DNA of 64,000 nucleotides from Aridibacter sp. (GTDB lineage Bacteria; Acidobacteriota; Blastocatellia; Pyrinomonadales; Pyrinomonadaceae). Positions 18,754-26,392 of the stretch are shown here, piece by piece (the first letter of the stretch is position 1; each line of letters starts with the position of its first letter). A program made the translations under genes and the position numbers. The stretch covers positions 5,541 through 69,540 of the forward strand of contig JBFGKW010000002.1 of NCBI GenBank assembly GCA_041576495.1, read 5' to 3'. Under the pieces are notes generated by a model, which saw only the letters and a program-made list of their open reading frames with translations, was not told the DNA's origin and did not search any database.

Positions 18754-19575
18754 TCACACTTCAGGGATATAATCACTATTTTCCCGAATCGATTCGATTT
18801 CGCCCGCATTGATAATGATCGTTTCGTTTTCTTCAGTCACAACCCGAAGAGCTCCATTCGCTTCCAGCCCTGCGGTAGCCCCCAATATCATTTTTGTATC
18901 CGATATGATGACGCGTACCTTTTTACCATGGAAATAAGATGAGCGCTTCTGCCATTCCTCCCGAATTTTTTGAGGACCCGCTTGATCCAACAAGATTTCA
19001 TAAAAGTGAATTAGGAATTTGGTCAGCGCGTTAACGAGTTCTTCCTCCTCGGGCCTTCGTCCGGATTCCGAGAAGACCGAAGTCGCCGAGGTTTCAAGCT
19101 GCGGCGGAAAGTCTTTCGAATCGAGATTTAATCCGATACCTACAATTACCGCCGGCTGACTCTCCGATCCGGTCGATTCGGCGAGGATCCCACAGATTTT
19201 CTTGCCGCCGACCAAAATGTCATTCGGCCATTTAATATCCGGTTTGAGATCATAAAGACTAGCGAGCGTTTCATAAACGGCGACCGCAGCCATCAATGTG
19301 ATCATCGTGCGGAAGCCGGCCTCAAGCTTCGGACGGAGCAAAATACTAAGATATAGTCCCGAACCCTTACCGGAAATCCAAACCCTGCCCCGGCGTCCGC
19401 GACCTGCCGTTTGTTCACCGGCCAGGATACACAAACCTTCGTCGGCACCGCGTTTGGCATGGGCTATTGCGGTCGCGTTTGTCGATTCAATCGAATCAAA
19501 TTTGAGTATGGTTATGTTCAATAAAAGTCCTAGCAGCAACGATCCGGCAGCTATTTCGTCGGGCGCGGTTTCCAC
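18754..19575 (-). CDS. birA: Biotin--[acetyl-CoA-carboxylase] ligase (group I, no N-terminal HTH)
   Basis: 273-aa ORF with FDSIESTN, GRGRRGRVW (the GRGRxGRxW biotin-binding loop) and KWPNDI. The ATG at 19575 overlaps the egtD stop by 25 nt, so a downstream non-ATG start is possible. Confidence 0.85.
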   Translation of the reverse strand: METAPDEIAAGSLLLGLLLNITILKFDSIESTNATAIAHAKRGADEGLCILAGEQTAGRGRRGRVWISGKGSGLYLSILLRPKLEAGFRTMITLMAAVAVYETLASLYDLKPDIKWPNDILVGGKKICGILAESTGSESQPAVIVGIGLNLDSKDFPPQLETSATSVFSESGRRPEEEELVNALTKFLIHFYEILLDQAGPQKIREEWQKRSSYFHGKKVRVIISDTKMILGATAGLEANGALRVVTEENETIIINAGEIESIRENSDYIPEV

Positions 19576-20528
19576 AATGAATTGGTATAGAATCGATTTT
19601 CATCGAAGAAGTTCTCAATGATCGTAAAACCACTCATATCCGCCAATTTTTCGATCATCGGAAGGTCATATTTTTGAGAGACTTCCATATAAATCGGTTC
19701 CCATTTCTTTAACGAAAAACTCCGTTTAAGTGCCTTAATATAAACGACTTGGTCCTTCTGAGAGATTAAAAATGAGCGGGCTGCCCGTTCAACCGGATGA
19801 TAACTCGCATAATGCAAATACTCTTCGATTTGAAAATCTCCGCCCAGCTCCCGATTTATCCTTTTCAACAGATTGAGGTTAAAACGGGCAGTTATGTTGA
19901 GCGAATCGTCATAAGCATTCAATATTGTTTTGGGGTTCTTATGCAGGTCAAACCCGATGAAAATTAAGTCGTTGTCGTGCATCACGTTCCGCAGGTGTGT
20001 AAAAAACTCCGTCGCCCTTTCTTCGTTAAAGTTTCCGATATTCGAACCCAGAAAAAGCAAAATCTTCCGCCGTTCGATAGTCTTGTTAAATGATTCGAGA
20101 ATCTTGAAGTAATCGCCTTGCTCGGGCTGTATATCGAGCGCCGAAAATTCCCGATGGAATTTTTTGGTCAGAAAGTTGAGGGCCTCAGACGAAATATCAA
20201 TCGGAATATATCGAAACGATGCGTTCCGCTTTAAGAAGTAATCGACCAACAGCGAAGTTTTCGTACCGTCACCGGCGCCGAGTTCTATCAAGTCAAAATC
20301 GTCCTCGCCGACGTCAAACGCATCATAAATTTCTTTGGTCCGCGTATCGAATATTTCGACCTCAGTTCGGGTCAGGTAGTATTCAGGAAGTTTCATAATC
20401 TCCTGAAATAACCGGGAGCCTTCATCGTCGTAAAAATATTTTGATGAGAGTCTTTTTGGGTCGTCGCTTAAGCCCTCGAGTACATCCTCGGCAAACGAAT
20501 TTTGTTTTTGCTTTGTCGAAATATCCAT
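19551..20528 (-). CDS. egtD: L-histidine N(alpha)-methyltransferase (ergothioneine pathway)
   Basis: The track ORF extends to 20618. The ATG at 20528 has GGGGA 5 nt upstream and gives MDISTKQ.... Characteristic motifs are KYFYDDEGSRLFQEIMKLPEYY and the SAM-binding ELGAGDGTKT. Confidence 0.8.
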   Translation of the reverse strand: MDISTKQKQNSFAEDVLEGLSDDPKRLSSKYFYDDEGSRLFQEIMKLPEYYLTRTEVEIFDTRTKEIYDAFDVGEDDFDLIELGAGDGTKTSLLVDYFLKRNASFRYIPIDISSEALNFLTKKFHREFSALDIQPEQGDYFKILESFNKTIERRKILLFLGSNIGNFNEERATEFFTHLRNVMHDNDLIFIGFDLHKNPKTILNAYDDSLNITARFNLNLLKRINRELGGDFQIEEYLHYASYHPVERAARSFLISQKDQVVYIKALKRSFSLKKWEPIYMEVSQKYDLPMIEKLADMSGFTIIENFFDENRFYTNSLWKPRPTK

Positions 20529-20584
20529 TAAATCCCCGTTGTAGATCGTAATCGTTTGATGATGAGTCGTGTGAAGGTGTCTCG

Positions 20585-21769
20585 TTATTTTGCAAGCCGG
20601 ATTCCGTTGAATTGCCATCGAAGCTGTGGGTGAAAGAAATTTCGATAAGTCTTCCGGCTGTGATCAGGTGAGGTGGCGACCGACGCACCTCGCAGAACTT
20701 TTTGATTGACCATAAACTTGCCGTTGTATTCCCCGACCGCACCTGCCGCGATCTTAAATTCCGGGTAAGGCAAATAGGATGAGATTGTCCATTCCCAGCG
20801 AAATCCCCAATTCATCCCGTCACTCGCAGTTTCCCATTCGAATTCCGTCGGCAGCCGCATTTTTTTCCATTCGGCAAATGCCGACGCTTCAAAAAACGAA
20901 ATATGACACACGGCATTTTCGGGGTTAATCTCGCGCAAACCGGCCAATGTGAATTGGTGCCATTGTCCTTCGACGCTTTTCCAATAGAGCGGATGGCTGA
21001 CCTCGTTTTCGTTGACCCAATCCCATCCTTCGGAGTGCCAAAGACGGTGATCCCGATAACCGCCGTCCTCGATAAATTCCATATATTCTTTGTTTGTCAC
21101 AAGATCCTTCCGAATCTCGAAATCTTCTAAATAAACCTTGTGCCGGCTGAGTTCGTTATCAAAACAAAAGCCGCTGCCTTCGTACCCGATTTCCTTTATT
21201 CCACCCTCGAAACCGACGATTCCGTCTCCTTCGATTATCCCACGTTCGACCAAGGCGAATTCCGGATCGTAAACCGGAAATATCGGATTTACACTAAGAA
21301 TAAATTTTAGATCCGTCAGAAAAAGCTCCTGATGCTGCTGTTCATGATTTAAACCCAATGTAACCAGATGGTGAAACTCCCGGGGCATTTCGCGGTCAAA
21401 AAGGGCCAGCATTTCGCCATCAACGTGTTGACGGTACTCAAAAACCTCCCTGACCGTGGGGCGTGACAAATCACCCCGCCTGTGGCGCAGGGTGCGCTCG
21501 CCGAATGTGTTGTAATAACTGTTAAACAAGAACCCGAAATCCGGATTAAACACCCGGTATTCGGGAGAAAATCGCTTGAGGATCATTTCCTCGAAAAACC
21601 AGGTCGTATGGGCGATATTCCACTTCGGGGGTGAGACATCAACGCTCGGCTGTGGGACGTAGTCTTCGATCTCGAGCGGCTTGCAAAGTTCTTCAGTATA
21701 TTTTCGAATCTCGCGAAAACGAAGGGCGGCGTCATTCCCGGTCAATTCTTGCTTTTTTTTCGGTCGCAT
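20585..21769 (-). CDS. egtB: EgtB-type sulfoxide synthase (DinB-like N-domain plus FGE-sulfatase C-domain), short form
   Basis: 394-aa ORF. The N-terminal DinB_2-like region has HTTWFFE and NHEQQHQEL. The C-terminal FGE-sulfatase-like region has EFEWE and VLRGAS...YRNFF. It lies immediately upstream of egtD. Confidence 0.8.
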   Translation of the reverse strand: MRPKKKQELTGNDAALRFREIRKYTEELCKPLEIEDYVPQPSVDVSPPKWNIAHTTWFFEEMILKRFSPEYRVFNPDFGFLFNSYYNTFGERTLRHRRGDLSRPTVREVFEYRQHVDGEMLALFDREMPREFHHLVTLGLNHEQQHQELFLTDLKFILSVNPIFPVYDPEFALVERGIIEGDGIVGFEGGIKEIGYEGSGFCFDNELSRHKVYLEDFEIRKDLVTNKEYMEFIEDGGYRDHRLWHSEGWDWVNENEVSHPLYWKSVEGQWHQFTLAGLREINPENAVCHISFFEASAFAEWKKMRLPTEFEWETASDGMNWGFRWEWTISSYLPYPEFKIAAGAVGEYNGKFMVNQKVLRGASVATSPDHSRKTYRNFFHPQLRWQFNGIRLAK

Positions 21770-21813
21770 CAGCCTTATTAAAACAAAAAAGCGTTGAAAG
21801 ATAAAAACACCAA

Positions 21814-22755
21814 CTAATTAATGTCGTCCTGAGATCGATCCGGCGCTCCCTCAGGAGTTGCTGGTTTTGCACCGGCATATATCTTTCTTAGCGCCTCTTC
21901 ACAAATCTCCGTCAAATAATAATCCTGAGACCTCAGATTCGATTCGAGCGGTTTGATCGAACTCGAATCACCGATTTCTCCAAGCGCAAATGCCGCTTCC
22001 CGGCGGACATCGCGCGATTCCTTTCGGTTGGCAAGAACCCCGATCAATACTTCATTTGCACTTTTGAAATCGGGATAGGCGTCAAACAGGTTTCCATACT
22101 TGGGCCGCAAAATTATTTTGTATTTGTCCGGTAAAAAGCTTTCCGGAGTGGTAAGGGAGGGACTCCGAGACTGAATCGTTTGTGCAGTTTGGCCAATCGC
22201 GCGTGCCGCGGCACGGCGGATAAATGAATCCTTAGACTTTCTATTTCGCTGAATGGCAAAAACTAACGGGCCGATCGCTGAAACATCACCGATTCTTCCA
22301 AGCGCTGCAGCACTCGCCGCCCGAACCTCACGATTCTTATCGCTGCGGAGTAATTCTATTAACGCTGCAACGGCACCTGAGTTTCCCACGATGCCCAGCG
22401 CATGGGCGGTCTCACGGCGAATGTAATCGGATTTGTCATTTAGCAGCGGAAGCAGCGCCCGAACGGCTTCTTCTTCGGGAAGGTATACAACGGTGTGGGT
22501 TGCGGTGGCCCGGACAATTTCCGAGGGATCACGGAGTACGGACAATGCGACCCGGGAAGCGGATTCGCTTTCGAAGTTTCTCAGTTCCGCAAGGGCGTTT
22601 CGTTTAACCTCAATTTCGCCAAATTCAAGTCTCTCGCTGAAAAACTTTAGTTCTTGATCAGACTGCGTAAATGATTCGGCCGAAAAACAAAAAAACACCG
22701 TTAAGACGCCCAAGATAAGCAGGCTGGATTTTGGTTTCGGAATTGATTCTGCCAC
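21814..22755 (-). CDS. HEAT-repeat (PBS-lyase type) protein with signal peptide
   Basis: 313-aa ORF with repeated RxxAAxALGxIGDxxAxxxL units (for example AAALGRIGDVSAIGPL and AAFALGEIGDSSSIKPL). The N-terminus is hydrophobic. Confidence 0.75.
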   Translation of the reverse strand: MAESIPKPKSSLLILGVLTVFFCFSAESFTQSDQELKFFSERLEFGEIEVKRNALAELRNFESESASRVALSVLRDPSEIVRATATHTVVYLPEEEAVRALLPLLNDKSDYIRRETAHALGIVGNSGAVAALIELLRSDKNREVRAASAAALGRIGDVSAIGPLVFAIQRNRKSKDSFIRRAAARAIGQTAQTIQSRSPSLTTPESFLPDKYKIILRPKYGNLFDAYPDFKSANEVLIGVLANRKESRDVRREAAFALGEIGDSSSIKPLESNLRSQDYYLTEICEEALRKIYAGAKPATPEGAPDRSQDDIN

Positions 22756-22783
22756 GCTAATCCACTTTCACCGCATTGCCGGT

Positions 22784-23026
22784 CTAAGCCGTTGTCCGGA
22801 CGTTATTTCGCCCCAATCGCTCCCATTCAAAAACCTGACGCGCCCGCTTGTTCTCGTAAGCGGACGAAAGCGAGGTGATTAGTTCATCTACATTCGAAAG
22901 TTTTGGTTTTAGAGAAGGTTGCCGGGTTGGAGAGAGGTCGCCAATATCCTTTACAAGGGGAGATTTCTGTTTGTCGTCAGAATTTTCCGATAGTTTTAGT
23001 ATATTCCGATTATTTTGATTGACCAT
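22784..23026 (-). CDS. Hypothetical small protein
   Basis: 80-aa ORF with a strong GGAGG 8 nt upstream of the ATG. It is the first ORF of the long minus-strand gene block. No recognisable domain. Confidence 0.5.
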   Translation of the reverse strand: MVNQNNRNILKLSENSDDKQKSPLVKDIGDLSPTRQPSLKPKLSNVDELITSLSSAYENKRARQVFEWERLGRNNVRTTA

Positions 23027-23425
23027 CTTGAATACCTCCGTGGGCTGTCAGACGGTCAAACTCACGCTCCAGGGTTTTAGGTTTCGACCGCCTTTTTGAT
23101 AATTCTTCTCATTCGCAGATTTATATTCAGTACTAATCCGTCTCCTAAAATGAAGCTTAACCTTAACGATACCACAATCAGGGGCATATTCGGAAAGAAA
23201 TATTTTTGTATTTACCCGCCCCGTTTTATTTGTCATTTCAATTTATGTGTCTCGTAAACGACCATCGTCTCCGCAGGATAATGACGGTCCGGTTTTTGTT
23301 AACGGAGGCGGCCTGTCAAAATCAAGCCGTGAAGAACTCAGAGATTCCGGAAAGTAGATAGATTCGTATTAATTCGTTAAACTAAGCTCTTTATCTCTTG
23401 CTCAAATCATTATTAACATAACTTT

Positions 23426-26098
23426 ATGGACGAGAAATATTTCGCACAAAAGATCGAAAAGAAATGGCAGACCCTGTGGGCCGAGCGCGGTACATTCGAA
23501 GCCCGCGAGGACGAAACGAAAAAAAAGTTTTACTGCCTTGAGATGTTGCCGTATCCTTCCGGAAAACTCCATATGGGGCATGTTCGCAACTACTCGATCG
23601 GCGATGCCCTTAGCTGGTATAAACGGCTTCAGGGATTCAACGTTCTTCATCCGATTGGGTGGGATTCATTCGGACAGCCCGCCGAACAGGCGGCGATTCA
23701 GCAGGGGGTCAACCCGCGAGATTGGACGGAAAAGAATATCTCAGAAATGCGAAAGCAGCTCCAAGCGCTCGGTCTTGGTTACGACTGGTCGCGTGAAATT
23801 GCGGCGCACCGGGTTGAATACTATAAGTTCGACCAATGGTTTTTCCTTAAAATGTTCGAAATGGGGTTGGCCTATCGTAAGGATTCCGAGGTCAACTGGT
23901 GCCCGAAATGCGAAACAACCCTTTCTAATGAACAGGCTTCCGGCGGAATATGCTGGCGTTGCGGAACACCTGTTGAGAAGCAATCCCGTCCCCAGTGGTT
24001 TCTAAAAATCACTGCGTTTGCCGAAGAACTACTTGAAGATTTGTCGAAAATAAGCGACGGCTGGCCGGAACGGGTGCTGACGATGCAGCGGAACTGGATC
24101 GGACGAAGCAAAGGTACATATATCGATTTTAAGGTTCAGAGCGAGGACTCGAAGATACGTGTCTTTACGACCCGGATCGATACTATCTACGGCGCAAATT
24201 CACTCGTTTTGGCACCAGATCATCCGTTTACCGTATCAAATTATGACCGGTTTGCTGAGCCTGTAAGAACCAAAGTGGATGAGCTCCGGCTCGACCAGGC
24301 AAAACCAAAAGATTACGGAGAAGAGGCAGTTAAGGACGGAATCGACACCGGGGTAAAGGCCGTCAACCCGTTCAGCGGCGACGAGATTCCAATCTGGATT
24401 GGAAACTACGTCATGATGAATTATGGAACCGGCGCGGTTATGAGCGTTCCCGGCCATGACGAACGGGATTTTGAATTTGCGAAAAAATTCGGATTGCCCA
24501 TTATTCCGGTGATTAAGGCCGTAGGCGAAGATTCATCGGGAAGAGTTGCCGGTGAAGATATGCCGCAGCGTGCGTTTGCAGAATTCGGCGTCCTAATTAA
24601 TTCGAGCCGTTGGAGCGATAAATCATCTGAGCAGGCGATCAAAGAAATGTCAGCATTTGCGGAAAAAGAAGGTTTTGGCGAATCCGCTACCACCTACCGG
24701 CTGAGGGATTGGGGGATTTCCAGGCAGAGGTTTTGGGGGGCTCCGATTCCGATCGTTTACTGCGACAAATGCGGGGTCGTTCCGGTCGATTACAAGGACC
24801 TTCCCGTGGAATTGCCGGAGTCGGCACCGTTTACGGGAATCGGCGAATCGCCGCTTGCGCGGGTCGATGAATTCGTAAATGCGTCATGCCCGACGTGTGG
24901 AGGATCTGCCAAACGCGAAACCGATACGATGGATACGTTTGTAGATTCGGCGTGGTATTATTTTCGCTACACTGACCCACACAACGTCGAGAAGCCGTTT
25001 GACAGGGAAATTGCAAGTTACTGGCTGCCTGTCGATCAGTATATCGGCGGTATTGATCACGCCGTTATGCATCTCCTCTATACCCGTTTCTGGACGAAAA
25101 TGATGCAGAAGATCGATTTGGTTGAATTCACGGAACCGGCCAAAAACCTGTTGACCCAGGGAATGGTAGTTGCTGAATCCTTTTACAGTAAACCGAACGA
25201 ACGCTACGTTGCACCTGAAGATGTTGAAATTGACCGTGATGAGTCGGGAAGAATCCGAGCCGCAAAACTCAAGAAAGACGGTTCGCCGGTCCGTGTAGCT
25301 GTTGAAAAGATGGGTAAGTCGAAATTGAACGGGGTCGACCCCAACGACATGATTTCGATTTACGGATCCGATTCTGTCCGGCTGTTTTCAATGTTTGCGG
25401 CCCCGGTCGAAAACGAACTTGTCTGGCAGGAAACGGGAATCGAAGGCGCCGTACGGTTCTTGCAGCGAATCTGGCGGTACGTATTCAAGTGGCATGGCTG
25501 TTTCAGCCGGGAAAGCACTCCGGCCGGCGCTGACCAGAGAATCCAATTTGAGAATCTGGTTGGAAGTCATGATTATTCGGATTCAGCTAAAAAACTGCGT
25601 CAGAAAACGCATCAAACGATCAATCGGATTACGGAGAACTTTGAAACCGGACAGTTTAACACCCCGGTAGCAGCGCTGATGGAACTGTCCAATTCGCTTC
25701 ACGAGTTCAACGCCGAACCGGAGAATGCCAACGAACTTGATCTTTTTGTCGTTCGTGAGGCGCTCGAAAGTCTTATCCTGATGCTGACACCATATGCGCC
25801 GCACGCTGCCGAGGAATTATGGGAAGCCGTAACCGGAAGCGACACCGGTATCCTTGAGTCGAATGCGAGATTTCCGGTCGCCGATGAAGATGCCGCCGCG
25901 GCCGACGAAATTGAAATTGTAGTCCAGGTTAACGGCAAGGTTCGTGCGCGTATGAGTGCGGCACCGGATGCATCTACCGAAGTTCTCCAGGAAATGGCGC
26001 TCTCCGAAGAAAAAATTGGCGAATATACTGAAGGCAAAGAGATTTCTAAAATTATCGTCGTTCCCGGACGTCTCGTAAATATTGTCGTCTCGGGCTAA
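23426..26098 (+). CDS. leuS: Leucine--tRNA ligase
   Basis: 890-aa ORF with class I motifs HMGH (LPYPSGKLHMGHVRNY) and KMGKSK (KMSKS variant). A CP1 editing insertion and zinc-binding CPKC...CWRC are present. Confidence 0.97.
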   Translation: MDEKYFAQKIEKKWQTLWAERGTFEAREDETKKKFYCLEMLPYPSGKLHMGHVRNYSIGDALSWYKRLQGFNVLHPIGWDSFGQPAEQAAIQQGVNPRDWTEKNISEMRKQLQALGLGYDWSREIAAHRVEYYKFDQWFFLKMFEMGLAYRKDSEVNWCPKCETTLSNEQASGGICWRCGTPVEKQSRPQWFLKITAFAEELLEDLSKISDGWPERVLTMQRNWIGRSKGTYIDFKVQSEDSKIRVFTTRIDTIYGANSLVLAPDHPFTVSNYDRFAEPVRTKVDELRLDQAKPKDYGEEAVKDGIDTGVKAVNPFSGDEIPIWIGNYVMMNYGTGAVMSVPGHDERDFEFAKKFGLPIIPVIKAVGEDSSGRVAGEDMPQRAFAEFGVLINSSRWSDKSSEQAIKEMSAFAEKEGFGESATTYRLRDWGISRQRFWGAPIPIVYCDKCGVVPVDYKDLPVELPESAPFTGIGESPLARVDEFVNASCPTCGGSAKRETDTMDTFVDSAWYYFRYTDPHNVEKPFDREIASYWLPVDQYIGGIDHAVMHLLYTRFWTKMMQKIDLVEFTEPAKNLLTQGMVVAESFYSKPNERYVAPEDVEIDRDESGRIRAAKLKKDGSPVRVAVEKMGKSKLNGVDPNDMISIYGSDSVRLFSMFAAPVENELVWQETGIEGAVRFLQRIWRYVFKWHGCFSRESTPAGADQRIQFENLVGSHDYSDSAKKLRQKTHQTINRITENFETGQFNTPVAALMELSNSLHEFNAEPENANELDLFVVREALESLILMLTPYAPHAAEELWEAVTGSDTGILESNARFPVADEDAAAADEIEIVVQVNGKVRARMSAAPDASTEVLQEMALSEEKIGEYTEGKEISKIIVVPGRLVNIVVSG

Positions 26099-26392
26099 CT
26101 TGATCGATAATATTTGCTTAGCGAATATGTGTTTAGGCGGACCCGGCAAATTTTAGTCGCCGGATAACAATTTCCGCCATACCGGCTTTGCCTCTGCGGT
26201 TTAACTGGGAAAAACGATAATTAGTATTTTTATTATAAGCAGACGTTCGTTTTAGACCTTGATTGCAGTTAGTAAAGTAACTAGAATTATTAACATTAGT
26301 TTAAACATCACGCGGCTCTGTTTACCTCAAGGAACAGACATCCGTGTTTTTTTCGAAAACGATTCCGACGGTAATTCGAATAGAAACAGAAC

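Noticed and set aside
23048-23236. 62-aa minus-strand ORF in the 399-bp region upstream of leuS. I also considered a possible leader, T-box or attenuator there; a 6-bp stem near 23261..23292 is followed by a T-run around 23297..23301.
   Set aside because: The ORF has no Shine-Dalgarno sequence, an odd composition and no homology that I recognise. The hairpin is weak, with a 6-bp stem that includes a wobble pair and a 13-nt loop. I could not find T-box-like conserved elements by eye.
26317-26353. Hairpin TCTGTT / AACAGA with a 10-nt loop, followed after 8 nt by T7. It lies in the AT-rich 294-bp gap between leuS and the kinase gene and could be a terminator or the end of a small RNA.
   Set aside because: The stem is short and the spacer to the T-run is too long for a canonical intrinsic terminator. 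It may be a weak leuS terminator, but that cannot be supported from sequence alone.
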